From Patescibacteria group bacterium UBA4787 (GTDB lineage: Bacteria > Patescibacteriota > Patescibacteriia > UBA2591 > UBA4787): a stretch of 64,000 nucleotides of DNA. The stretch covers positions 3,765-67,764 of the forward strand of contig DHGX01000003.1 in assembly GCA_002402995.1 (NCBI GenBank), read 5' to 3'. A program made the position numbers and the translations under genes. The first letter of the stretch is position 1, and each line of letters opens with the position of its first letter. This document shows positions 40,742 to 49,368 of the stretch, piece after piece. The notes under the pieces are model-generated. The model searched no databases. It was not told the DNA's origin and saw only the letters and a program-made list of their open reading frames with translations.

Positions 40742-42388
40742 ATGGATAAATTTATTTTAATCAAGTTAGATGTTTTTCGCCGAAAATTATTGAAGAAGAA
40801 AGTTTTTAATTTTTGGCTGAAATTTCATTGCGTTTTTCCCCTGGCCGAAGTATTTTTAGTCGGTGGAGGAGTTCGCGACATTTTTTTGTCGCGAGAGATT
40901 AAAGATTATGATTTTGTAGTCAGAAATATTTCTCTGCGCGGACTGGAGGCATGGTTGAAGAAAAATGGACGAGTCAATCTAGTCGGTAAAAATTTTGGCG
41001 TTTTTAAATTTACCCCGTTAGAGATTCAATCAAGATATTCTCCCTGGACAAAATCTAAGGCGAAGCCGCCTTACGGCTCTGGTCATCTTTTTAATACATT
41101 TAACCCTAAATCTCTAACGGGGTTTACTCCGCGCGGTTTTGGGGGCGAGATGATTGAGATTGCCATGCCGCGTACGGAAAAATCAATGGGCACGGGAGCT
41201 TATAGAGATTTTAAAATACGAAGCAATGCTAATTTGAAAATTGAAGAAGATCTTGGCCGTCGAGATTTTACCATAAACGCCATGGCGATTGATCTCTTTG
41301 CTTCTCGCGACAAAGTTTTTATAGATCCGTTTAACGGCTTGAAAGACCTGAAAAATAAGTTAATTATGACCGTGGGCAAACCCGAACAAAGATTCAACGA
41401 AGACTATTCGCGGCTTCTGCGCGCTATTCGTTTTGCCTGCCAGCTGGATTTTGAAATAGAGAAAAAAACATGGTCGTCTATAAAAAAACTGATTCCTCGT
41501 CTCAATAAATTAAATCAGAGCGGTGATTATTTGGTTCCTCGCGAGATAGTCGGCAGAGAATTTTTAAAATCTTTGCGCGCCGGTTTTTCCAGGGCTATTA
41601 TTTTATGGGATAAGTCCGGCGCTTTCAAAATTTTAATGCCGGAAATATTAAAAATGAAAAAATGTCCGCAGCCCAAAGAGTATCATACCGAAGGGGATGT
41701 CTGGCAGCATGCGATGCTTGCTTTAGATAAATTATCATCACCCGAGTTTTTCGCTAAATTTTCCGCCTCGGGCGGAAAAAAAGAATTTTTGAAGCAAGAC
41801 GTCTCTAATGAGTTAATGGTTGCAGCCTTTTTCCATGATATCGGCAAACCCCATACTTTGGCTCGCCAAAACGGACGTTTAACTTTTTATAATCACGACC
41901 AAGAGGGCGCGCGCTTAACTCAGAATATTTGTGAGAGACTCAAACTGTCTAGTCCGGAAGAAGTCGGTATTGATATTAAAAAAACAACTTGGCTGGTTAG
42001 AAGTCACATGATTTTTTCCAATAATGTTAAAATAATGCGTCCCCAAACAATAGCAAAATATTTTTTTAATGCCGATTATCCTGGTATAGACCTATTAAAA
42101 CTTCATTTGGTTGACGCCCTAGCCTCAATTTTGCCTCCCCGAAAGCCCAATTTAACTAATTTTTATTCGTGTTTAAGGCGCATTAAAGATCTCGGCCTTC
42201 TTAAGAAAAAAAACCAAAAAGTTTTAGCCCCGCTTTTGAATGGCCATGAGATTATGAAAATTTTTAAAATCAAACCCGGCCCAGCAGTCGGTCGCTATTT
42301 GGATATTTTGCGTAAAGAACAATTTTTGGGGCATCTTAAAAATCGTTCATCGGCGGAAAAATTCTTGCGAAAACTCATCGCTGAATAG
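40742..42388 (+). CDS. cca: CCA tRNA nucleotidyltransferase/poly(A) polymerase family with HD domain; contains 38-codon repeat insertion
   Basis: 'LVGGGVRD...DYD', 'EDLGRRDFTINAMA', 'EDYSRLLRAIRF', 'FHDIGKP'. Confidence 0.85.
   Translation: MDKFILIKLDVFRRKLLKKKVFNFWLKFHCVFPLAEVFLVGGGVRDIFLSREIKDYDFVVRNISLRGLEAWLKKNGRVNLVGKNFGVFKFTPLEIQSRYSPWTKSKAKPPYGSGHLFNTFNPKSLTGFTPRGFGGEMIEIAMPRTEKSMGTGAYRDFKIRSNANLKIEEDLGRRDFTINAMAIDLFASRDKVFIDPFNGLKDLKNKLIMTVGKPEQRFNEDYSRLLRAIRFACQLDFEIEKKTWSSIKKLIPRLNKLNQSGDYLVPREIVGREFLKSLRAGFSRAIILWDKSGAFKILMPEILKMKKCPQPKEYHTEGDVWQHAMLALDKLSSPEFFAKFSASGGKKEFLKQDVSNELMVAAFFHDIGKPHTLARQNGRLTFYNHDQEGARLTQNICERLKLSSPEEVGIDIKKTTWLVRSHMIFSNNVKIMRPQTIAKYFFNADYPGIDLLKLHLVDALASILPPRKPNLTNFYSCLRRIKDLGLLKKKNQKVLAPLLNGHEIMKIFKIKPGPAVGRYLDILRKEQFLGHLKNRSSAEKFLRKLIAE
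41013..41122 (+). mobile_element. Family-B 110-bp TIR element inserted in frame in cca
   Basis: TTTA|CCCCGTTAGAGATT...AATCTCTAACGGGG|TTTA; translated as TPLEIQ...KSLTGF. Confidence 0.85.
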
Positions 42389-42393
42389 CCGAA

Positions 42394-42681
42394 CCCCTCA
42401 CTTGAAAAAGATATGTTTTATGTTTATGTATTAAAAAGCGTTAAAGATGATGGACTATATATTGGCTACACAGATGATTTAAAAAGAAGAATTTTTGAAC
42501 ATAATAAAAAAATCATCTCAATCCACAAAATTTCGCGCGCCTTTTTGCCTTGTTTATTATGAAGCGTATGTTTCGATAAAGGACGCCAAGCACAGGGAGG
42601 CCATGTTAAAGAGATTTTCCGGTTCTTGTATACATCTGAAGAAACGCATTAGGAATTCTTTGATCTTTTTCAAGTGAGGGG
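42394..42681 (+). mobile_element. Family-C TIR element (288 bp), GIY-YIG-containing copy
   Basis: Perfect 19-bp TIR CCCCTCACTTGAAAAAGAT / ATCTTTTTCAAGTGAGGGG. Confidence 0.85.
42413..42677 (+). pseudogene. Small GIY-YIG nuclease, frameshifted at A7 run 42506-42512
   Basis: MFYVYVLKSVKDDGLYIGYTDDLKRRIFEHNKK-/-SSQSTKFRAPFCLVYYEAY....DAKHRE..LK; ATG right after left TIR, TGA inside right TIR. Confidence 0.85.
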
Positions 42682-42766
42682 TTGACAATTATTGACAATT
42701 TGTTTTAATTATATATAGCTCTTTTAAAACAAAAATAAAAATATACCTTGAAAGGAGGTATTTATC

Positions 42767-44785
42767 ATGAAGGACAGAATCGCCAAGGCCGCCATGCGCC
42801 TGGCCGAAGCTCTGCAGTCGGGCATGGAGTTCAAGTTGCAAGACTTGTCTCTGAAGCTCGGCGTGAGCAAGGAGATTGTTCGTAAAGGTGTTGACCAGAT
42901 GAGGGCAAACGGAGTCAACATCGTGGCTGATGTGTCGAACGAGTCGATCAAGCTCGTCAAATCTTCTCAGTCGGAGAAGGACGTGAAGTCATTGTCTCCG
43001 GTTTTCGGAAACAGAAAAAGGATTCTTTTGATGTCCGATCCCTTTTTGGGCTCGAAACTTCAGCAGAATTCTTTGACCCACGCTGTGGTTAAGTATGCCG
43101 AAGGATTGGGTATCGACTTCGCAATTTTATTGGGCAACATGATTGCCGGCAAGCCGACCGCCAAAACCAAGCAGCATTATTTCCTTCCGGATACCGAGGA
43201 GCAGATTCAGTACGCCCGCGAAAATTGGCCGAGAAGTGACAAGTTTAAGACTTACGTCATCAACGGGCCGTCGGACATCGGTTCAGGCAAAAACGTTGCC
43301 GAAGAGCTCGCTGCCAGTCGCGATGATCTGGTCGCGCGCAAAGATCTCTTTTCCGAGTTCGACATTGACGGCGTCAAACTGATCGCCGCCCATTCCAAGA
43401 AGGGCGGACCAGGAGCCTACACCCTTTCGTATCCGGTGGAGAACCTGGCTGCAAGTCAAGCCGAAATTTCCAAGTGGCGTCATACTGGTCGCCAGAGCTT
43501 CCAGATCATGATCGTCGGCGGACATTTCGTCGGTATGCATCAGCCTCCGCAGAAGGAAGGCGGCTACCACCTGATCTCTGTTCCCGGACTCTACAATCCC
43601 AGCGATCTGATGGACGGGGAAAAGAAGATCGGTTCGCCGATGGTAGGCTTCCAAGTGCTGGACTTGATCTTCGACAACGAAGGCAAATTCGTAAAACCCG
43701 TCGTCACCTGCTACAACCTCTCCGGTTACACCATCGAGAGGGACTATTTAGAAGAGATGCCGAAGCGTCAGCCGGGTGCCGAAGGCGAGCCGACCGAAGA
43801 CCAGAAGAAGGTGCTCGATTATCTGCTGTTGGGCTCCACTTCGACCGGCGCTTTGTCGCGGCTTTTGGGAAAAGACAAGGCCTATGTGGAGGAGACCATT
43901 ACCGGCCTCCAGAAGCTGGGCTTTGAGCTCATCCGCGATGAAGCTAAAAGGGCATGGAAGCTCATCCGTGATCGACGGGTTGAATTTAAGCCGATCAACA
44001 TACCCTGGACAGAGATCGAGCGCAACTATGTGGAGTATCTGCTGTACGGAGATACCCAGCTGGGCTCAATCGAGGATCGGCCGAAGCTCATTCCGAAGAT
44101 CTACGCGTTGGCTTTGCTCCGCAAGGTCATGAAGATCTTCCATCTCGGGGACATGACAGATGGCACCGGTGTTTACCGAGGCCATCACATGTATCTGAAC
44201 GCTGTCGGCGCGGACGCGCAAAAGGAAAAGGCGGAGAAAATTCTGGTTCCGATCTACAAGAACGAACCCGACATGCCGCCCACCGAAGCGATCTCCGGCA
44301 ACCACGATACGGTGTATTATTCGTCCGCTGGCCATGACGTCGTGAGAGCTATCTGCGCTGGCGTTAACGCCCTAGTCGGCCGTAAAGTGATGACCTATTT
44401 AGGAAAGGACGGCCAGAACACGACTTGTGGCAGACAGCCCAAAAAGATCTCCATTCGCCTCCTTCACCCCGATGGCGGAATCCCGATGGGTCGCAGCTAT
44501 CGGCTACAGGAAGTGATTCGAAGACTGGTCTCGGTTTTGGTCTGCGAAGAGGATGATCTTCACAGTTTGGCGCTGGGCCACCTTCATGTCTCGTTATTCA
44601 TGTTGTATAACGGCATCGCCGGTTTCATGGTACCGGGCATGCAAGGCGAAACCGACTACCTCATCAGGAAGGGGCTGAAGCCTCAGATCGGATGCTGGCT
44701 GGTCCGGGTTTGTCTGGACAACGTCGGTGACGTGATCTCGGTTACCCCGGAGTATTTCGACCAGAAGGAACTCGAGCGCATGTAA
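42767..44785 (+). CDS. Tandem [HTH + calcineurin-like metallophosphoesterase] x2 protein
   Basis: AAAGGAGG SD; C-terminal domain has 'GDTQLGS','HLGDMTDG','SGNHD','LHP','GHLH'; N-terminal copy degenerate; two wHTH-like segments. Confidence 0.7.
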   Translation: MKDRIAKAAMRLAEALQSGMEFKLQDLSLKLGVSKEIVRKGVDQMRANGVNIVADVSNESIKLVKSSQSEKDVKSLSPVFGNRKRILLMSDPFLGSKLQQNSLTHAVVKYAEGLGIDFAILLGNMIAGKPTAKTKQHYFLPDTEEQIQYARENWPRSDKFKTYVINGPSDIGSGKNVAEELAASRDDLVARKDLFSEFDIDGVKLIAAHSKKGGPGAYTLSYPVENLAASQAEISKWRHTGRQSFQIMIVGGHFVGMHQPPQKEGGYHLISVPGLYNPSDLMDGEKKIGSPMVGFQVLDLIFDNEGKFVKPVVTCYNLSGYTIERDYLEEMPKRQPGAEGEPTEDQKKVLDYLLLGSTSTGALSRLLGKDKAYVEETITGLQKLGFELIRDEAKRAWKLIRDRRVEFKPINIPWTEIERNYVEYLLYGDTQLGSIEDRPKLIPKIYALALLRKVMKIFHLGDMTDGTGVYRGHHMYLNAVGADAQKEKAEKILVPIYKNEPDMPPTEAISGNHDTVYYSSAGHDVVRAICAGVNALVGRKVMTYLGKDGQNTTCGRQPKKISIRLLHPDGGIPMGRSYRLQEVIRRLVSVLVCEEDDLHSLALGHLHVSLFMLYNGIAGFMVPGMQGETDYLIRKGLKPQIGCWLVRVCLDNVGDVISVTPEYFDQKELERM

Positions 44786-44792
44786 TTTCAAT

Positions 44793-44822
44793 AGGGAGCT
44801 TGTAAAAAACAAGCTCCCTTTT
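44793..44822 (+). terminator. Rho-independent terminator
   Basis: AGGGAGCTTG-loop-CAAGCTCCCT followed by T run. Confidence 0.75.
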
Positions 44823-44857
44823 AATTTAATTTAATTTTGCTAATATGGGATATTATG

Positions 44858-44998
44858 CCCCGTAATACAACTTCGATGGGGACGATCATAATCGGCCCAG
44901 AAAAACCATGGAGAATTTTGTTGGTTAGATTTATAAACATAAATAATGTTTACTAAGACTCAAAAAGTTATTAAAAATATTGAAGATGATATACGGGG
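44858..44998 (+). mobile_element. Family-A element, empty 141-bp copy, TATG duplication
   Basis: TATG|CCCCGTAATACAACTTC...GAAGATGATATACGGGG|TATG. Confidence 0.85.
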
Positions 44999-44999
44999 T

Positions 45000-45743
45000 A
45001 TGATTGATTTAGAGCAACCCAAGAATAAACTGAAGGTCATTGTTGTTCTACCTGCTTATAATGCTGAAAAAACCTTAAGGCAGACAGTTAATGACATACC
45101 CGTCAATTTTGTTGACGAGATTATTTTAGTTGACGATGGCAGTTGCGATAAAACAACTGAGTTGGCCGAACAGCTGGGTTTGATAGTTGTTCGACACGAG
45201 AAAAATCAAGGTTATGGCGCCAATCAGAAAACTTGTTACGAAACGGCCTTAAACAGGGGCGCTGATATTGTTGTTATGTTACATCCGGATTATCAATACG
45301 ATCCGAAATTAATTCCTTATTTTATTGATTTTATCGCTAACGACTGTTTTGATGTAATGCTGGGTTCCAGGATTCGCAGCAGAAAAGAAGCTTTAGCCGG
45401 AGGTATGCCTAGATATAAGTATTTTTTTAATCGTTTGTTGACGATTTTTGAGAATATGGTAAGCGGTTTGAATTTATCCGAATGGCACACCGGTATGCGC
45501 GCTTATAAAAGAAAAGTTTTGGAAAACATTAATTTTATAGAAAATTCTGATGATTTTCTTTTTGATAGTCAGATTCTTTTCCAGATTGTTGAGAAAGGAT
45601 TTCGCGTCGGCGAGATACCGGTGCCGGTAAGATATTTTCCCGAAGCTTCAAGTATTAATTTTTGGCGCAGTTTGCGCTACGGCTTGGGCACGGTTTTGGT
45701 CGCCTTAAAATTTTTGACGAAAAAGATTAAAAATGGAAAATAA
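45000..45743 (+). CDS. Glycosyltransferase family 2 (DPM-synthase-like)
   Basis: 'PAYNAEKTL', 'VDDGS.D', 'GYGANQK', 'HPDYQY'; ORF-track N-terminal 18 aa derive from the element. Confidence 0.9.
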   Translation: MIDLEQPKNKLKVIVVLPAYNAEKTLRQTVNDIPVNFVDEIILVDDGSCDKTTELAEQLGLIVVRHEKNQGYGANQKTCYETALNRGADIVVMLHPDYQYDPKLIPYFIDFIANDCFDVMLGSRIRSRKEALAGGMPRYKYFFNRLLTIFENMVSGLNLSEWHTGMRAYKRKVLENINFIENSDDFLFDSQILFQIVEKGFRVGEIPVPVRYFPEASSINFWRSLRYGLGTVLVALKFLTKKIKNGK

Positions 45744-45798
45744 TATTGCGAAAGATTGGTCGGAGGTCGAGAGATTAAAATAATTTGATTTTGTTTAT

Positions 45799-46359
45799 AT
45801 GGTTATTTTTTTAATTATAATTTTAATCTTAATTTTAATTTTCGCGATTATTTTTTTGGCAAGTTTTATTTTTGCCGCTTTATCAGCCGCCCCTTGGCTA
45901 CCTACAAATAGGCGTCAACGCCGGAGATTGATTGAGTTAATTTCTCTTAAGCCGGGCCAAATTGTTTATGATTTGGGCTGCGGCGACGGCGCGGTTTTGT
46001 TTTCTTTGGCCGATAAATATTCGGAAGCTAAATTTGTGGGTTTTGAGGTTTCTTTGCTCCCTTATTTAATAGCGATTTTTAGAAAATTTTCGCGGTATAA
46101 TAAATATAAAAATGTTTCCATTAAATACAAAGATTTTTTTAAGCAGGATGTCCGAGAAGCAGATTTAATTTTTATTTTTTTAACCACGAAATGTTATCCG
46201 CGCTTGGTCGCCAAACTTTCTCAAGAAATAAAACAAAATTGTTTGGTGGTGGTGGAGGCTTGGCCTTTGCCCGACCTTAAGCCAATAAATTACATTAAAG
46301 AAGGTGGCTTTATGTCGCTTTATTTTTATCAAAGCGCGCAATTTAAAAATAATAACTAA
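45799..46359 (+). CDS. Class I SAM-dependent methyltransferase with N-terminal TM
   Basis: 'APWLPT', 'YDLGCGDG'. Confidence 0.85.
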   Translation: MVIFLIIILILILIFAIIFLASFIFAALSAAPWLPTNRRQRRRLIELISLKPGQIVYDLGCGDGAVLFSLADKYSEAKFVGFEVSLLPYLIAIFRKFSRYNKYKNVSIKYKDFFKQDVREADLIFIFLTTKCYPRLVAKLSQEIKQNCLVVVEAWPLPDLKPINYIKEGGFMSLYFYQSAQFKNNN

Positions 46360-46470
46360 ATTAGACAAGCGGCTATTTTTTTGCTAAAATAACCTGATAA
46401 TAGGCAATCGGTTGGCTATAAGTTATCGTGTCGTTAAGAGTTATTAGTTATTGGTTATTAGTTATTTTAT

Positions 46471-46557
46471 GGAAGAGTGGCCGAGTGGTTGAAGGCGCGG
46501 CTCTCGAAAAGCCGTAGGGGAGAAATCCTCTCGTGGGTTCGAATCCCACCTCTTCCG
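46471..46557 (+). tRNA. tRNA-Ser(CGA)
   Basis: GGAAGAG/CTCTTCC stem, anticodon arm CGGCT-CTCGAAA-AGCCG, long variable arm; CCA not encoded. Confidence 0.95.
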
Positions 46558-46698
46558 TTTTTGTAAAATGTATGGCCTTTGTGTCATTACATTTTACAAA
46601 CGAGGGATTCGAACACCGGAGCGATGTTCTGCCAGTAGGCAAAACCGCGAGGCGGTGCCCAGACCGAGGCGAGCGACGGCGAGCAGAGAGTCGAGGGA

Positions 46699-46716
46699 GA
46701 ATCCCACCTCTTTCGT
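46699..46716 (+). repeat. Direct repeat of tRNA-Ser 3' end
   Basis: GAATCCCACCTCTTTCGT vs GAATCCCACCTCTTCCGT at 46541-46558. Confidence 0.75.
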
Positions 46717-46770
46717 CATAAAAAAGTTTTAGCGGCTAAATCTAATAAACGGCGAAATAAAATTAAAAAT

Positions 46771-47283
46771 ATGATCTCTGAATATGAATATAAAATAGAT
46801 CTTATTTTAAGACTGAACCAGCAAGGCAGTGGTTGGATAGATGGCGATGTAGAAAGCAACCACAAGAATAAGGCAGATGTCGTTAATCATGTACTAAAAA
46901 TCGCCATAGAGATCAAAGATGAGTCCGGTAGTCCTGATGGTTTAAAAAAGACCAATCAACAATATGGTGACCACTTAAGATCGGCGAACAAAAAATTTAA
47001 AGAATATCCGAAATACAAAACCATTCTATTGATTAGAGGAAATGCGGACACTATACCTGGTATTGTATATTATGCGATAGAGGGCATAGACTCCTATTCA
47101 AAGATTGGCAATCAACTTATTTATTCAGGAACAAAAAATAAATACTCGCCATATATAAGGAAAGAAATTGGTTGTTTTCTCATTCTAGCTGACAAATATT
47201 ATTATTTTCCCAATAAACATGCTTTGCCTCAGCGTATTATTAATAAACAGGAGGTTGAAAATATTTTAGGTCAAAACGTGTAG
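46771..47283 (+). CDS. Hypothetical protein, possible PD-(D/E)XK-like fold
   Basis: 170-aa ORF; 'ADVV......IAIEIKD' resembles D-x-EIK motif (weak). Confidence 0.5.
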   Translation: MISEYEYKIDLILRLNQQGSGWIDGDVESNHKNKADVVNHVLKIAIEIKDESGSPDGLKKTNQQYGDHLRSANKKFKEYPKYKTILLIRGNADTIPGIVYYAIEGIDSYSKIGNQLIYSGTKNKYSPYIRKEIGCFLILADKYYYFPNKHALPQRIINKQEVENILGQNV

Positions 47284-47340
47284 GACTTAGACACATAATA
47301 AATTTCAAAAATCTTTTTATATTTTTAAATCATAATCATT

Positions 47341-47817
47341 ATGGGAATTGATAAAAAATTGTCTACAAAAGAAATGTCAGAAAGCGAGGAATCGTCGAAG
47401 GGTATAAAAATTGACTGGGATGAAAATGAGGCATTGCCTCGTGTCCAGCTGACGCTTGGCGGCAGTAGATATGATGCTGTTTTGGCAAATAACGCTTTCT
47501 ATGCAGGTATGATTGAAGTTCCGGAAGACGAAAGAAGAAAAGGTGTAGGATCTCAATTGCTTATGGAGCTTATTGAAATCGCCAAGAAACAAGGCATTAA
47601 TCAAATAGTGCACACACTCCAAAGCGCAGAAGGATTAATACTTATCAGCCAAAAATTAAAACAGCCGGATAGAAAATATTATTATCAGGCGAAACAGGAA
47701 ATTCCTTTAGCCGAAGCAGTTGAAATATTAAAAAGAAAAAAAGAGGAAGGGAAAGAAGCGGATAAAACTATCATGGTGCAATCTACAACCTACATAGATC
47801 AATTGGAAGGAAAATAA
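47341..47817 (+). CDS. GNAT family N-acetyltransferase
   Basis: 'IEVPEDERRKGVGSQLLMELIEIAKKQG' acetyl-CoA motif. Confidence 0.7.
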   Translation: MGIDKKLSTKEMSESEESSKGIKIDWDENEALPRVQLTLGGSRYDAVLANNAFYAGMIEVPEDERRKGVGSQLLMELIEIAKKQGINQIVHTLQSAEGLILISQKLKQPDRKYYYQAKQEIPLAEAVEILKRKKEEGKEADKTIMVQSTTYIDQLEGK

Positions 47818-47850
47818 TCTCGGTTGGTTTTATTATTAACTTGTTAATTT

Positions 47851-48207
47851 ATGAATTTATTTGAAATTAAAAAAATTGTAGAAAATAACCCCATGGCTTT
47901 TGCTACGGTCTCAGAAAATTATAGACCCAATGTTATTGCCACTGCTTTTGTCAAAATTGTTTCTAAAAATCAGCTTTTAATTACAGACGTTTGGATGAAA
48001 CAAACAAAAAAGAATATTTTAGACAATAAAAATGTTTGTTTGGCGGTATGGAATAAAAATTGGCAAGGTTATAAATTAATCGGTCGAGCTGAATATTTTG
48101 TGCGCGGAAAATGGAAAAATCTCGTTGACAAAACGAAGGAAAATAAAAATGAGAAAGTTAAGGGCGCCATTTTAGTTAAAATTTCAAGAATTAGCCCCCT
48201 TCATTAA
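47851..48207 (+). CDS. Pyridoxamine 5'-phosphate oxidase-like FMN-binding protein
   Basis: 'FATVS....PNV', 'T..NI..N..V.L', 'GYKL.G.A'. Confidence 0.8.
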   Translation: MNLFEIKKIVENNPMAFATVSENYRPNVIATAFVKIVSKNQLLITDVWMKQTKKNILDNKNVCLAVWNKNWQGYKLIGRAEYFVRGKWKNLVDKTKENKNEKVKGAILVKISRISPLH

Positions 48208-48229
48208 GATTATATAATCTCTTTGATCT

Positions 48230-49354
48230 ATGAAAATTGGTATTGATGCTCGGTTATATGGTTCAAGCGCCAAGGGCATTGGTCGCTACGTCAAAGAATT
48301 GATAGAAAATTTAGAAAAAACAGACTCAAAAAATGAGTATTTTATTTTTTTAAACCGACGAGGTTTTGAAGAATATCAGCCTCAAAATAAAAACTTCCGC
48401 AAAATTTCAGTGAATATCAGAGAATATTCAATCTTTGAACAGATTCTTTGGCCGAGAATTTTAATGAGTTATAAATTGGATTATGTCCATTTTCCTCATT
48501 TTAATGTGCCGTTGTTTTATTTCCGGCCATTCGTCGTAACGATTCATGACCTGATTCATTGGCAACACAGCAAAGAAGCTTCTACTAAAAGCTGTATTTT
48601 GGCTAACTTGAAAAAAGTGATATTTAGAATGGTAGTCAGAAGCGCCGTTAATCGCGCTAAAAAGATTTTTGTTGTTTCAGAAACAATCAAAAAAGAGCTC
48701 TTAAGTGAATTTAAAATTTCTTCGGAGAAAATTATCGTGACTTATGAGGGGGCTTACGACACAAAAGATATTTTTGAAGATTCAAAAAATATTAATATTT
48801 TAAATCGCGTTAAAAGCCCATATCTTTTTTATGTGGGCAACGCCTATCCTCACAAGAATTTATATTTTTTAGCTAAATCATTTTTATCGGCCACTAGTCA
48901 ATTACCAGAAGATCTTTATTTGGTTTTAGCTGGTCGCAAGGATTATTTTTACGAACAGCTTGAGCAGAAAATTAAAGATTTGCCCGATAACGAAAAAATC
49001 TATTTGCTCGGAGAGGTGACAGACCAAGGGCTATCTTTGCTTTATCAGAACGCTTTGGCTTATGTTTTCCCGTCTTTGGCCGAAGGCTTTGGTTTGCCCG
49101 GCCTGGAGGCTATGGCCAATAATCTGCCGGTTTTAGCCAGCGAGATTGGTCCTTTGCCGGAAGTTTATGGCGGAGCCGCTTTATATTTTGATCCTAAAAA
49201 TGAAAATGATTTGGCAGAAAAAATAATTAAAATTTACCAAGATCAAAAACTAAGGGAATCGCTGATTGCAAAAGGCCGAGAGCAAGTTAAAAAATATTCT
49301 TGGGAAAAATGCGCCAGAGAAACATTGGCAGTTTATAATTCTTTAAAAAAATGA
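48230..49354 (+). CDS. Glycosyltransferase family 4 (WbaZ/MtfB-like)
   Basis: 'MKIGIDAR', 'GIGRY', 'VTIHDL', 'PHKN', 'EGFGLPGLEAM'. Confidence 0.9.
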   Translation: MKIGIDARLYGSSAKGIGRYVKELIENLEKTDSKNEYFIFLNRRGFEEYQPQNKNFRKISVNIREYSIFEQILWPRILMSYKLDYVHFPHFNVPLFYFRPFVVTIHDLIHWQHSKEASTKSCILANLKKVIFRMVVRSAVNRAKKIFVVSETIKKELLSEFKISSEKIIVTYEGAYDTKDIFEDSKNINILNRVKSPYLFYVGNAYPHKNLYFLAKSFLSATSQLPEDLYLVLAGRKDYFYEQLEQKIKDLPDNEKIYLLGEVTDQGLSLLYQNALAYVFPSLAEGFGLPGLEAMANNLPVLASEIGPLPEVYGGAALYFDPKNENDLAEKIIKIYQDQKLRESLIAKGREQVKKYSWEKCARETLAVYNSLKK

Positions 49355-49368
49355 GATGCTTTGGCAAA

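Noticed and set aside
43143-44812. Several overlapping alternative-frame ORFs in the metallophosphoesterase gene
   Set aside because: Expected shadow ORFs in GC-richer DNA; no recognisable motifs.
46448-46721. Short ORFs overlapping tRNA-Ser (and 55561..55992 over rplS/tRNA-Leu)
   Set aside because: Artefacts of tRNA sequence and antisense frames.
46557-48207. Prophage or integrative island at tRNA-Ser
   Set aside because: No integrase or phage genes; the att-like repeat is only ~140 bp away and the accessory ORFs lie outside it.
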